Assembly (NCBI GenBank): GCA_973895155.1
Contig: OZ316892.1
Coordinates: 21,267,619 to 21,331,618, forward strand
Direction: 5' to 3'
Origin: Marsupella aquatica
Taxonomy: Eukaryota; Plantae; Marchantiophyta
Length of the DNA: 64,000 nt
Shown one piece after another: positions 25,240 to 39,568 of this stretch (its first letter is position 1; every line of letters begins with the position of its first letter). A program made the translations under genes and the position numbers. The notes beneath the pieces were generated by a model. It was not told the DNA's origin and searched no databases. It saw nothing but the letters and a program-made list of their open reading frames with translations.

Positions 25240-28200
25240 TCAGGTCCTGAGTTCCAGCACAGTAACGCACTCCACATGAGGGGTATGGGGAAACATATCA
25301 ACTGGTTGCACGCTCACCAGCTTGTAAACTTGTGGTCCTTGCCCTTTCTGGAACAAACAAAGACCACGTGTAAGCGGGGTATTATATCGTCAAGAAAAAG
25401 CTTGCGCAGACCAAAAATCAAATATCGTGGTAGCACCTGTTATCTGCCTGTCACAAAAGGATGATTGTTACATCTGATACTGCAAAAACTGCTACGTCCA
25501 ATCTTGAGAAATCACAAATTGCTTTTGGCAAGAACGTCAACGCAATTGGGCGGATACCTCTCCTCCATGACACAGTAGATCGAGATCTCGAGCGCATGTT
25601 GATGGGTTGCAAGAAACATAAACTATTCTTTGAGCTCTCAAATTCAATAAATACTCGATTAGCTTTGAATGCATTCCAGGCCTATTTGGATCTGCAGGGG
25701 AAGCCACAGAACTCTGTCAAAACGTCAAGTACTCATGACATGTGATGAGCCACTTTAACGTGGAACACTCCAAATTTTATATCTGAATCTCAATAACACA
25801 TTCACAAGCCGTAGTAATCAAGCATGCGCAGTGGCTACAGAGCATTGATCAGTAATACCATACTTTTATGGCTCTAGATTCGAGAAGCAAATTCGTCACT
25901 ATATTGAGTTACAAGAGACAAGCACGGAGGCTATAACATCACCAGCGCCAGACTCGGCTCAGGGAAACTACCTGTTATAACTATGTCTGGTCGAGGAAAA
26001 TCACTGCCGAATTGTGCTGTTAGTTTATTTAGGTCTCCCTGAATAAAAGTTGCATTAGTGATTCCATTCCTTTGAGCATTTCTTCGAGCATCTGCTACAG
26101 CTTCTGGGACAATCTCAAAGCCATAAACATGCTTGGCCCTGGCAGCACAGAATATAAGTTAGAAGTTATTGAAGTCAAGAAGTGAAGTCCCATATTTTCA
26201 AAATAGAAAATTAGGATGACCATCACTTATGGAAACAATCATTATAGCATATTGCCGCCAGAGAATTCTCGAAGCGAGCTCATCACATCACAAAAGCAGA
26301 CCAACATGTTTAGCACTTACTTGTGGGCCATACTAAGACCAATTGTACCAGTACCACAGAATAGATCAAGAATAATTTCACTGCCATCTCCCTTCAAATT
26401 ACATTCCTCTTCCACCATCCGGTATAAGACCTCTGCCTGTGCAATCAAAATAGTAGGATATCCCATTCAGCTCATTTCAAATGACATTCAAACACAGAGA
26501 ATTGACATTTATAGGGGTTACGGTAGGCATACAACCTTCACCAATTGCAGACAGTTAGGTTAAAAAGCTTTACATTCCCGTGACAAATACTCGGACAGCT
26601 ACAATCAAATTCACGCCGTACCTGTGTCGTGTTAGTTTGAAAGAAAGAGTTGGCGGAAATTTCAAATTGAAGTCCTCTTAAAACCTCTGTTATTGTGCGC
26701 CTGCCATGCAACACATGCTCTGTTTGACCAACTGATGAGGGTCCCAGAGAGGAGGTAACGTTGTTCACAAAACTTACCTGTAAGAGGACATCCAAATTAC
26801 TTGTTACCCACCTCGAAAGAAAGCTCCACAGGATCACTAACACACAAGTAACAAATTGACATCCACATCTAGTTTCTGTATTCTTAACAAATTTACTGGC
26901 TCCATTCTTAGTTCTATCAACAATCACTTACAATCTGCGGAAAGCTATTAATTAGGCTTGCAACAAGCGGCTGCAGTAGCTCTGGTTGATATGTTGAAGT
27001 CACCAAATTCACCATTACTTCTAGATCACCTGTGTCGCAATCCCTAAACACATTGTAAAGCATGGTGTGACCAAGTGCAGCAACGCATGTTATTGTAGCA
27101 AAATCAATTCCATGACAGGGGAGGGGACAAAGGGCAGATGACGAAGATCTGAAACCAAATTAGGCGGTTTATAACGTCTGTATACAGGCTATATTCAGTC
27201 CAACGGAAATCTAGGAGGAGCGAATAGTATTCGCAAGATGTTCATGAGTCATAAACGCAAAATACTGCAGGCAAACGAAGGCACGAGACTGCCAACCGAA
27301 CTTGCTGAGGTTCAACTTCTATTCTAGCAAAGTGCAAGTAGAATAAATATCTCTCAACGATTACAAACAACGACTATGTTCCATAAGTAATCCTCTTTAA
27401 TATGAGGAGCAATCACTCAGAAAATACCTGCCGGTCCGTATCATCAAGTGCCTGAGGAAACCTTTGTGCGCAATAACATCATACGCTGGCATTTTCAAGT
27501 TATGTTCTTTACAGTACTGCTGTACTTTGTCCAAAATCTGCATGCAAGCAGTTACCTTTGCTTCAGTTCAAATGAAAGCCACCAATCGATTAGCGGTAAG
27601 TTTCGGGAAGGGATACGCGAGTCGACTTGGTTTTCAATTGGTCAACACCCAGTTGCGAGATATTCTCACCACAATGTGTTTATCACAATATAGAACCATC
27701 CAGAGCAATTACATTTTGAACTCCATTTCGAAATAGAGCCACATAATTAAGTCTTCAAAGATCACGGCGATCTTTCCACTCAAAGATCTATCCACTGATC
27801 CAGTGATTGAGGGTTGTACAGGCAGATATTCACATTATCATGGTGCATGATTTCAAGAACCCTTTCCAGAGATCGCTAGAAGATGCGTTAAACGTACCTG
27901 GTTTCCTACTTCGTCCTGCAATAAGCACTCATTGATGGGAAGAATCTTATCGAATCTTTTTGGCGCATGGAGACCCAAGGCAAAGTTTCCCGGGCCAGTC
28001 TGAAACTTCCCAGCTGAACTGCCTGATACTTGGTCTTCCGACAACAGAGACGCGTCCAGTTCCTCCCTTGGCGTCCACTTTTGTGTTCCAAACGAGAATT
28101 CCATCTGCAGAGCAGCCAAGGATCAAATCACCCCTATTGGAGCCACCATAAAAAACGAACTTCAGGCCCTCAAACACAAGATGGATACATTCTGACTCCT

Positions 28201-29335
28201 TGAAGGAAATCGTTACAGGGTTGGACATATTTTGAACTCACCTTGTTTCGATAATGAAACTGCTTTTCACATGGCACTATGGGCTTCAAGTAGCTTTCAG
28301 GTGAACCTTGTGGTTCACTCGGGCCAAATCTGCCTATACGTGAAATAAGGTCATGAACTTGTTGCTCTTTCTCGTGAAGTTGGGCATGGTAGGCAAGATT
28401 CTGTGTCTTGCAGCCTCCACAATCCCCAAAGTGTTGACAGGGAGCGGCCACTGCATTGTGATGAACAGAAAGAGTCTTCAGCTTGTATGCCTGTAAGGAT
28501 CAAACCAGAGCTTTGATATGACCCTGCCTCAACTTTTTGCTGACGTGAATAAGAGCCAACGAGTTTGAACTGCTTATGCGAGAAATTGTGCATAGCTAAT
28601 TCCAGAGGCCCGGTACTAAGAACCCTGCCAGAGAAGGGTTTCACCTTAATTTGAAAAGAGACTTCGATTATCCCATTTTGGTCTGCACCTTCGTTTACAA
28701 GATGAGTGACAAAATGAAGCGAGTTGGTACATATTTGTTGTTAAAACTTTTTCATCGGCAGAGTGAAATGAGTGGAATTCTGACCAGAAATGCTAGAAAG
28801 GTATTAGCTCTCGACTAAAGCGAACCGTTGACTGAGAGACACAAAACAGTCAAGAGGGAGGGATGTCAAGGACATTTGTCATCTTTCACAGGAGAATTCA
28901 ACAGGAGGGAAATCAGAAGATAATAACCTGCGCAAACCCATTCTTCTTCCGGAGAATCCTTGCGATGAGGCGCTCTCCGGGGAGCGCCCTCTCACAGAGC
29001 ACGACGAACCCCGTCTCCACGACCTTGCAGACGCCATTGCCCTTGTATGCCAGACTGTCGCACACCAGCTCCAAGTCCTGGCCCCTCTTGGGGTAGAACA
29101 CTTTCTCCCTTGGCTCCCTTTTCCCAGATCGCACAGCCGGCTCTTCTCGGACCTGCTGCGGGATCTCGTCATCCACATCTTGGAATTGGAGCACCGCCTC
29201 ATCGCCAAGAGCAGAGCTTGCCGACGCCCTAACGGTCGACAGAGTCCGGAGCCGTGAAGGTGCGACGGCAGCAGTGGTGGAGCGGGGAGACAGGGAGCTT
29301 TGACAAACAGCGGAGAGGGAACGCCATAGAGCCAT
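25240..29335 (-). CDS. RlmD/RumA/TRM2-type RNA (uracil-5)-methyltransferase with TRAM domain and probable organellar transit peptide, 10 exons
   Basis: Exons 29335-28928, 28490-28242, 28104-27898, 27537-27428, 27043-26932, 26777-26622, 26436-26321, 26138-25972, 25691-25558 and 25347-25240. TRAM domain (LAYKGNGVC..ALPGE), Fe-S motif CQHFGDCGGC, SFFQTN, SAM motif LDLFCGTGTIG, DPNRPG, catalytic YVSCNP and VDMFPHTPHVE. The Ser/Arg/Ala-rich N-terminus suggests a transit peptide. Confidence 0.94.
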
Positions 29336-32300
29336 TCTCAATCGATTCTAATGCCCCTTGCCGTGAAAATCGAACCCAGCACGAGTAAATTGATTGGCAG
29401 AACGAATGAACTCTGCTCAATCAACGAGCTGCAATGCAGGGTTCAGGGTTTAACGAGGCAACTGGGGCTCAGGACCCATCTTTCCTGAAGACAAAGGGGG
29501 GTCGAGAAACGCCATGTTTTCTCGATGCCCATTCGAAAGTTGATGCCATGGTAATTTCTCAGGTTTCTGGGTTTTACTAGATAGCCAACTTATTTTTGTT
29601 GGAATATGAACACTTGCCACTTTTTTCTGGTTTTGTGTGTCCTATCACAATTTGGCCACTACTGGCCACCTTTTCTGAGTAAATCCTATATGGCATGCTC
29701 ATCCTCGAACATGCTTTATTTTTTTGTCTTGTAATGATCTTAAAGTAAATAAAATATGAGAGCATAGAAGTGCTGTTATATAAGTAAAGTGTCTGTCAAG
29801 AAAAGCAGAGTGACCAAGAAAAGGTACAGAAACGATGCTACCATGTGTGCACTTAACTCAGGGTGCCTTATGAATGACACTCCTTTCAATAAAAACCATA
29901 AACCTAGGAAAGAAAAACATGAGGAGAACTTAAGAGACTATGCATTCATGTTCTTCAGCATCATTTCTCTCACTAGTGGTGGTGGAGCCTTTGGTTTCAT
30001 CTCTAAGAAAACACATACTGTGAAAGGGGGTTGCCAAAATAAGTTCAAAATACTCTAGAATACCTAAAACTAAATGGGTCTAAAAATTATAGAATACAAA
30101 GGCTGCCCCTTGATAAGGCAGATTGAAATGAAAATACATGACACAAAAATCTGAATAAGACAAAATCTGAAATGTGCATTCACCATATAGCAGCTTCAAA
30201 AATTCACCTACAATGCCACCTTTTTAGTCAGGGGTTAAATCAGTTAAAGTTTGGTTAGCTGCAAAAGATTTTAATATTGCCCCGGGATTCTGACATTGAA
30301 CAATGCACCATCACTCTTAGGTCCAATTCAAGCACACCCACTATTGGTCCACTTGGGGGCCGCCATGGCTGGAAGTCCCCGCCAATGCCTCCCTTTTTCC
30401 AAAGTCTCCTCCTCCACCCTCACATTAGCTGCCCCTTCAGTTGGCACTCTGCTCCAAAGGGCGATCGATCAATATGGGAACAGTCAATTTCTTCAATGTG
30501 GTAATATCAGGACTGCTGGATCTTCTGCTGTTAACCAATATGAAGTAAGACACTTAAAAGTTGAAGTTGTGCTGAAAAAGATTGACATTGTAATAATCAA
30601 TCTTCAAAAAGGTGGCAAGTAGTGATATTTGACAAAAACCAGAGGGTGTCAATCTAATAAACCCTAACTTTTGTAATTAGCTAGGGTGGCAAATGTTACC
30701 TTGTCCCAACTGAAGGAGGAGATGGTCCAAATGTTTCTTATCTAAATTCCCAAGTTTCATTACTATTTACTGGGATAATATTGTGCAACTAAATGTCATA
30801 GACAACCAATGTCCAAATGAGGCCGGTCACGGAGGAAAGGAATATATTGTGTTCTTTGTTGGCCAATATAAGCAGTGGTATATTAAGGAAAAGGGTCCTT
30901 TCACAATAAATAGCGATCTGTCAAAGGGGGATTCTTGTAGGTTTTGGGAGGGCTACATTACCTTAAACTCCCGAAATCTCCATGTTGCTACCCCATGTTG
31001 TTCCTCCATTCCACCCTTTTCACAGGCTGTTAACCCTACTAAGGACCTCCTGGTTTTCCCTCGTTTGCAGGTTTAGAAGATTCTCCAGGCTTTTGTCCTC
31101 CTGGGATCCTCTATCCTGGTTTGGCTTTCATTTTGCTCTAGCTTTGGCATATAAATTATGATATACAACTACTTTCATGTACTATTCGATTCGAGGCACT
31201 ATTGCACTCAAACATTTTTAGACAGCGTGGAAATTAACACTACAGGGCATGGTCAGTGGAGCCTAGGGTCGCGTCTCGCTAATTATGAAGTGTTTACCGA
31301 TCAAACTTCCTTGAGACAAAGAGATCATGCTCTACCAAGATGGTGTCCACTTAAATTTTATGTACGTGGTGTAACCACGTACACACCACGTACATAAAAT
31401 TCCTTGACCATAGTTTCATCATTGTTCCGAATGGAAATCTGAGCTCCCTCAGATACCCAATCATTTGAAAAGAATACAATGAGCAATTGTCGTGAACCTT
31501 TCTACTGAAGAATTGATACAAATAATGAAAGAGTCATCATGGGCGATCAGATTTGTAGTATTGGATAATTCACAAGTTTTCCATCGTAGCTGCTCAAATG
31601 CAAACTTTCGAATAATACAGATGCTCATGCTCATATACATAAATGACAGTCACGTTTTCTTCTAGTTCTCCTATCGATACCGATGTCGCTACTGTTGGTC
31701 GTTTTATTCGCTGCACTCTTCTTCTTCAATTCGCTGTAATTCCTACGGTCACTTCCGAGTCCTGGATACCTACCTAACTAATCGGATTGTGTGAGCTTCT
31801 CAAAAAAGTTTGATTGGTCTCCTTTTCCCCAGCCCTTCTGCATGAACTACACTATCAAACTCCAACTCATGTGTGACGAAACTCCCACGACGAGAGCTAC
31901 GGTCTAGCCGCGTCTCTTGTTCTGGGGTTCTGCATCTTGCTCTGAATCTCGATAGAGGTCTGGATTATGAACATCTTGTCTCGATCTGGAGACAGAGATC
32001 CGGCTCCATGCAGATCGTCCGCGCCAACGAGATCATGCTCGAGAGTCAGACCTATAGCTACTCAGTGATCAAGCGAGATACGTGAGCCCTAAAATAACCA
32101 CAAGCCAATTCGTTGCAGGGCATAAATCAGGTATATAACTATCACAATTCATCGAAGATATTCACCCTGAAGATGACTGCACATATTTAACAGACATTGG
32201 CAGCTGCAGTCTGGCGACAGTAAATAAAGAACAGCATGCCTTCAACTCATGTAAAGTCATAGTTGTAGTCTCACCCGGGAAATTTGAGCTGGGTGCCTGT

Positions 32301-32647
32301 GCTCTTAGGTCACATATGAGAAACTCAGAATGTCCGATCAGACACGACTCCCACCGCAGACCGGATCCATGCACAGTAAATCTTGAATGCCGCAAAATGC
32401 AGAAAGCTGTGCAGCAACTCCGTGTCTCCGTCGACTAGATCTCTTCTATTAGTAAATTACACAGTTGCACCTGCGGATATATCCCTCATACATCAATTCA
32501 TGTCGGAAATAGACAGTTTGGCAGAAGTCAGGAAAATACTTGAAGAATCCAGAAGGGTTGGGCCTTAATATCTTCCCCCAGGAGTCGGATGGTGATATCG
32601 GTCAGAAGAGAAAACGTCAGAGAGAAACAAAGAAGACGGACGTAGCT

Positions 32648-33466
32648 CTAGGACGTGACGTGACAAAGGGCGAGAGAGAGCATCAAGTTGAGATTTGACC
32701 TTCGGCGTGATTCCTCGTTAGCCTGCTGTTCCTCGACTCCACCTCCGGCAGGGGGTGCGCTCTGCGCAGTGGTGTTCACGGACCCCAGCACTTGATTTAT
32801 GTCCTGAGCAAGCTCCAAGTGGGTAGCACTTGCAAGTCCGCCTGGGCGACTTGCTCTGTTTGCTTCCAGTCTACTCGCCAGCGTGCTTCCCCCGCCAGTT
32901 TCTATGGACGTGTCGAATCCTCTCGCCAAGGGCGATTCGTGAGAGTTCTCCTCCTTACTGTCGGCCATCTCCCGTCCTGTGAAGGGTTTTTCTTCTTCCG
33001 AAGAATCTGACGACCTAGTCGTTTGGCTCACACCTGCTGATTGAGCTGGCGCCTTTTCTTCTCCTGTCAAGAACTTCCAAATGTCTATTTTTTCTTCATC
33101 CGAAAAACCCATCAACCTCGTGACCTTCGGATCTGCTGATCCCCCTGATTCGCTTCCTTTTCCAGCCATTATCCCTGCCTGCTTGGTTGCTGCGGAATGC
33201 GCAACTTTTCCTTCCTCCGAAGAGTCGGATGGCGACGGATCCGTTGTACTGAGAGGAGCTGATGAAGCCTCCCAGGATACTTCTTCACCCGGCGAATTCT
33301 TCGGCCCCCTCTTAACCAAATCCCACGATGCTCCAAATATGTTCACCTTCGGAATTCCTTCCACTTTTGGCGACATCATGGGGAGCGCCAATTCTTTTGG
33401 ACTTTTAGCATCTATATTGGCTTTTGGGAAGTTCTCGTCCATCTTGCCTTTTCCTTTGTCGGCCAT
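32648..33466 (-). CDS. Hypothetical 272-aa low-complexity protein with C-terminal LxLxL (EAR-like) motif
   Basis: Long ATG-initiated ORF with coding-like composition, rich in S/E/G/A, ending RRRSNLNLMLSLALCHVTS. No recognisable folded domain. Confidence 0.55.
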   Translation of the reverse strand: MADKGKGKMDENFPKANIDAKSPKELALPMMSPKVEGIPKVNIFGASWDLVKRGPKNSPGEEVSWEASSAPLSTTDPSPSDSSEEGKVAHSAATKQAGIMAGKGSESGGSADPKVTRLMGFSDEEKIDIWKFLTGEEKAPAQSAGVSQTTRSSDSSEEEKPFTGREMADSKEENSHESPLARGFDTSIETGGGSTLASRLEANRASRPGGLASATHLELAQDINQVLGSVNTTAQSAPPAGGGVEEQQANEESRRRSNLNLMLSLALCHVTS

Positions 33467-36195
33467 ATTAGCCGTCCGCCTGGGTGTCTACGTGCAATGA
33501 GACTACACAGTCGAGTGCTAGTTCGACTCTGAAATCACGAAAAGTTCTGCTTTCTACACAGCTCCACTAAGTCTATAGGATATCAGGGGAATAGGCTACA
33601 CACTGACTCTAAACTGCTTTCTCTAGGCCTCGTTTAGTCACAATTGTGCTGAACACTAGTGGTTGCAGCGAGTTTGCTCGATCGATCGTCCCAGTCCTAG
33701 AAATGATTAACGGATTCCAGATCTTAATACGTCAGCTGTCTATCGACTCAAGAAAATCAGACGTCTATCCTGACTCGAGAAAACTCAGAAGCCACTCAAA
33801 CGCTATCTCTCATACACTAGACTCGATCTTTCTGTAGTTCGAACTTTGATCGAGTGCCACAAAGCATTTTGACCGTAGCCGTAAATATCAGTTGCGCGCA
33901 TCGATCCATACGTTAAGGCCGTGCTTTGAGACGCCTATTATGCCTTGGAAAAACAGCACACGTCTTTATGAATTCAAAATGAATTTCATCCATTCACGAA
34001 GGGTTGAGCTTTGGCGGCAACATCTTAGCTTAAGCCGTGAACGTTGTTCTCGGATCGACTCGCCAAGGGCCAACGATCACGGAGACCGCCGTTTGAAGGA
34101 CGAGCGAACGAATTTGAAAAGGGGTTAAGAGCAAAAGTCCGATCGCCAAATAAAACTTTGTTCATTCCTCATTCGCCCTAACAATTCAACTAAGCATTTG
34201 AACAAATGCTTCGGTTTCCGACCGAGCATGCCGGGCTACTGAAGGAGCTACGCTGGTCATATGGAGAAGATGTAATTTGAAAACCTTAGGCAATTCAACC
34301 GATCGATATCTTTTGCTCTCCCGTTGAACGCCATATATTCACACCTACATCCCAAACGACAACATGTCACGGGCTGTTCAAGTTTCCCAGAGAGAATCCA
34401 ACAAACGCTATCTACACTGTTGCGACCGTTGGCGATCGCAAATGCTGTTTTAGAGTGTGGAGCCACGCGCGCGGGCCTGCGCTCTGCCGAATGCACACGG
34501 TCATAATTGATTGTTTGATCGGTAACAGGATGACAGAAGACGGTAGTTTACAGTTGCAACGCATCGCATGGCAATTCAGGAGAACCTTGAGAGATGACAG
34601 GTTTAAGGTTGGCGTTGGCTTGCACCATGCAAGCGGCATGTTTGAACTCACTAGTATCAATATTCTGGTACTGACATGTGTTCGAAAACTGCCCTTATCT
34701 GCAGGAAAATAATCACAACTGGATTGAAAACAATGATTGGACAGCCTTCACTTCAGGCAATCCAGCCATTCTGCCAGGATATTTATGCAAGCAATGCTTA
34801 AGAGAAATAAATAATCAATCGCTCAGATATTTTCAGTTTTCAACCCTGCAATGGGACTAGAATGTAGGTGACCACATATTATCTCATATGGACCGCCAAA
34901 TGGCAAAACTTTGAATTTTCTTTTGGTCTAAGAAGGAAAGCAACGAGTAAACGATCGAGACGTGATTATACCCAATTGAATTTTGTTACTTTGTGACTTC
35001 CTACGTGGCAAAAAATTCATTGTTATAACTGTAAATTGGGTCCACTGTAGGGCAAAGAAATTTCATGGGCATAGAATAAGTAGAAGAATTATAGAAGAGA
35101 AGTCTATATCTTATTAATATGAACACCAGTGACATGAAAGGAGCTAATTAATTAACAGGCTAGGACGACCAGAAAAATAGATTGTTTATCTTTTTATTGT
35201 AGATTGCAACACTAAATTTGAGATGCTAAGGTTTGAGACACCTTCTGTGGATGACCTGACTGAATCGTATGGAGAAAGAATTGAATATTAAACTATATGA
35301 AATTTTCAGTTCACCGTAAATTAACAAACTAATCACATTTTCAATTCTCTGTAAAATTGTAACAAAAATACATTAATATGAATACTGAAAGTTAAAATGG
35401 AGAAGTGGGAAACACTCAAGAGAAGACCTCTACAGTCCAAACGACACATCTAGATATTAATAACTACTTAAAACTAAACGAACTTAATAATAATGGAGGG
35501 TACAAAGGAAGCATTAATCAATATTCTCTTTCAGCAGGTCGATCAGCTTCGGTAAGGAAACCAATTTGTGTAAAGAAATATCTTAGGTCCTGGGATGTTA
35601 GGTCTAGTCATAAGAATAATATGTACATTCAAGTATCAGGAAGACTTTTTTAGGTCTTAGGCACCATGAATAACTTCGGGGTCCAGAAGTATTTTCATTT
35701 ATTTATCAATAGTGGAAAATTGGTCAACCCATAATCTCCAATGAAAATGTATTGTTCTTTTAATTGGGTGTAATTATTATTAAATTGATATGGGTAGAAA
35801 AAATATAAATTATTAAAAGAAACTCTGAGAGAAAAACTCTCAAAGTATAGGTTTATTCCCTTTGGACTAGCATTGCTCTTATTTCCATATGGAGACTTCC
35901 CTTAGTACTTCCAGAAACAAGAATTAAGAAAATTGGTTGTAAAACGAGGCGCCCCTTAGATCGAGCGTTGCATAGAGCGTTCTTTTTCATACATTTGTTT
36001 GCCCCACTTTGTCTTGCATTGGAGGTCACAAATTCAGTTGTATTCTAATTCGAAATCTACACCATGGATTGATCCAACTCTCCTACTGGCTTCATATTAA
36101 GACGGCTTAAATCAACAATGTCGTGCTACAGTAGTTAAGTTAAGTTCTGGTCTGGGCAGGTACAATTTCCAATCCTGAACTTCTTTTTCTGGACA

Positions 36196-36258
36196 ACTTT
36201 GGTCGAAAGGTGTGTCACTCTGGTCGAAAGGTGTGTCACTTTGGTCGAAAGGTGTGTC
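36196..36258. repeat. 21-bp tandem repeat, three copies
   Basis: ac(t/c)-type variant unit actttggtcgaaaggtgtgtc repeated three times with one substitution. Confidence 0.9.
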
Positions 36259-37517
36259 AGCCCGATTGCACTGTTAGGGATAGTCATACTGCCTGATGGG
36301 CCGTCGCCACATATGTACAGCCCAAATCTCCTACAACTGTCGAGAAGTTTACTTGGCAGCGTTGACTCCTACCATGTATGTACTAAGTCTGAGCCATAAT
36401 TTTAGAGCAATCCCCTGCCCCTGAGGGGGAGCAGCTGGTCTGCCTTCTTGCGGCTGAGTGCCGGAATCCATCTCCCTCAATGCGCGGCGGTCAGCGGATA
36501 GCCCCCCTATTCCCGTCCTCCTCCGCTCTTAGCAATTGGGGTATACCATCAAACACAAGTGACCTCCTTGACCGTATTTATCGGTTCTAACTTGGCAGAG
36601 TCACCTTGTGAGGTTGTAAACCGCATCAGGCACCCAAGTCAATGAAATTCAATGGCGTAGCCAAACTTGCATCAATTTTGTGATGAGTTTTTCTTTCCTC
36701 GGTGTATCAGTTAAGGTGGAAAACTTCCACTAGGTTGACCTCGTTGAGCACTTGGCCGCCTCACTGATCTGGCTAACACAAATGAATGATGAGAGCTACT
36801 GAATACGGCCATTGATAACTGATGGGTTAACTATATTCTAGTCCTCAGCTCATGTTCAGGATACTTTCTGTCCATGTCTCGTGGAGAAGTGCTACGTGCA
36901 ATTCCCGAGTGCCATTGTCAACTCGTGTGTGAAGCACACACAGGGCCAGGACTTCACAAATCTCCCTCGCGTGTAGTGCACACATGGGACGACACATTTC
37001 TCCGCGAGTACACCTGTCTCTAAGTAAGCGCGGGTATTCCTGAGCCTGAGTGTACACAGAGCCTCTGATCGAGAGGGGGCTGGGCACACAATCCTCCTTG
37101 AGAAAGGATGAGCACAGAAACATTTGTAGCAGTGGGGAAGTGTAAGTTTTTAGTATCAGTAAGGTGAGTAATTTTCTCCCTGCTACAAAATTTCCCACAA
37201 CACATTTCTGAAAATTCAAACTCTGTCATTGTAAATTTGATTTTTGAGAGAAATCGGTCACCTTAGTTTTTGAAATAGGAGATGATGAGATTTAGTGAGG
37301 TCAAAACAAAAAATCAATTTTCTAAAAATGATAGATGCTAGGGTGTGCTTTGTAAAGGTATTGAAACACGTGTCAACTTTCACCGTTCAACTAGGTATGT
37401 CATGATGCAAAAGGAAAACTTTCATGGGCCTTGCCTATTGTTTTCATGGATCTTAATTGGTCAGTATACTTGATATAATAGTATTACTGTGCCTAAAGTG
37501 ACGAAAAATCCGGCTAT

Positions 37518-37810
37518 CCTCACTTCTTTTCTTCTGATCCATCCTGCACAAATAGATATATGAATTTTTGCTGGATTAAATAAAATAATTTAAAATTTTT
37601 GTGGAATAATATTAAGGGCATTTTAATCAAATATTGAGAATTATAATAAACATAAGGGTCAAAAAATCAAATATGAAAATGTTCCAAAAATATTTCAAAT
37701 TTTTGTGGTTATAATATATATTTCAAAAACTTTATTTACTTATGTTTTAGAATTTTTATTCACTCAAAACTTGACTGCGTGATATGGGACCCCCCTTGGA
37801 ATGAGGCCCC
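37518..37810 (-). mobile_element. AT-rich MITE-like repeat of about 300 bp (family with GGGGCCTCA...TGAGGACCCC termini), copy 1
   Basis: Diverged reverse complement of 40953-41251. Confidence 0.7.
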
Positions 37811-39568
37811 AGTAAATAATGACCCTTTTTCTTCACAGACTTGTGAAAACTAACTTTACTTTTCAATAAAATATACATAGACGGCCTTGAGACCCTATAG
37901 ATGAATGGTGCTAATCTGTTGTGGTGTATAGAAGCATTGAAGTTGGCTCACACAGACATGTTGGAGAAGGACCTATGTAGGTCAAAATTAGAAACCTGGT
38001 TACCTTTAGTATTAGGACTCAACTGAGGTGGCTTCCCAACCCTGCAAGGACAACATAGCAAGCAAAATGCACCCAACACAACAAATGAGCAGGGCCTCTG
38101 ACAAGTTTAAAGGAGCTAAATCGAGCAGACTTGATGAGGTTCTCAGTAAAAGCCCCACTCAGTAGTGAAGAAAAGCCTACTGTTTCCATAGTACTGGGTG
38201 GAGTAGTTCTAGCTTGCTGCCCAGTAGTGACTCACTTTTACGTGTTTCATACCTTGCCAGAAACACTGCCAAAGCATTGGAAGACAAAATGCAGTTTTAC
38301 CCTGAAAGAATCACTCGTGCAGTGCAAAGTCGAGTGTATAGCATGTGGTGCATATATAGAAGATTGAAGTTGCATGGAGCACAGAATTGAAGTTGCCTGG
38401 AGGAGTCATGATTGAGGGTCAAAATCAGAAATGTGGTTAAAACAAGTTCAGATCTCTCGATCACAAAATTCTGGAGTAGGCCCTCAGCTAGATATATTGA
38501 GTGGGATCTGACATGATACAGATATATCAAAACAGTTTCATTTCAAAAGAATTAATGGCATTACGTATTATACCAAACCAACTACAATATTAGAGTTGCT
38601 GGCAGATTATTATAGGTAGCCGCGTTTTGTGTGAAGCTGAAGAAGAATCTGATTGCTGACATAGTTGCAGTTAAATGAAGCTAAGGACACAAAGAATACG
38701 GACCTGGCGTGCTCACCTCTTCAGGTAGAAGGCCTGAAAATATTGATTTTGAAACTAGAAACCCTGAATCAACACCGCTAAATGCATGATCACACACATT
38801 AAATGTGTCTGCCCTCGACTTAAAATGCGCTCAACCTAGCAAACTGCTTTCCTACTAATAACCCCACTCAATTGAGTTTGAATACACCTCTGTCCAAATC
38901 TAACTGTACAAACTTTTTGCAAAACGGAGGCTGCAGAAAGATCTAACTCTACAAAATTTTTGCAAAACGGAGGCTTCTCTGCAGCCCAAAAGTGTCACCT
39001 GTCCAAAAACAAAATGAAACATACCCTAGCTAGCCTGCCTCTGACGATTGACATGTAGGTCACTAGCTAGGAGTACGTACGTACTTTTAGGGGCGTGATT
39101 CTTTGGTAGCCAAATGACTGGGGTTATTATTAGGAATTGTGATAACCCCGTCCCTATGAGTACTTTTAAGGGCGCGCGGCCAGTTTTAAGAATTGTAGTC
39201 AGCCTGCAGTCACTCCTCAGGGTTTGTTCCTAGTCAAGTGACTGGGGTGATTACTAGGACCTTGCTGCTCGAACTGTATAGATGGCGTGAGCTTGACCTT
39301 AAAGCTCCATTCTACTGAGTACTTCTTACTCACCTTCTATTCTTCCATCTTGCCGGTAGTTGTGAATAATTGTTTTGACTGGAAGTCGCATTTCGGACTG
39401 GATATAATTAGTTTTCACTTTTTTCAAGGCCATCGAGGGTTTGCCACTATTGCTTCGTGAAGGAGAAGAGGTTTTCAGCTAGCTACAGAAGAGCTGTACC
39501 ATTTTCTTGTTGTCGATACCTTCAGCTTTTTGTCAGAAGTTGTGACCAGGACCCTAGTAGCAGCAAGT

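Noticed and set aside
29436-29453. Telo-box-like AGGGTTCAGGGTTT upstream of the RNA methyltransferase
   Set aside because: Imperfect match to AAACCCTA and too short to support
31873-32568. Short ORFs downstream of the EAR-motif ORF as extra exons or genes
   Set aside because: No convincing splice path or recognisable motif could be established
34110-34130. GGGGTTAA resembling a piggyBac right end
   Set aside because: No matching TTAACCC left end or transposase found nearby
36196-36258. 21-bp repeats as a possible CRISPR-like array
   Set aside because: Head-to-tail copies with no spacers and no cas genes; a simple minisatellite in a eukaryote
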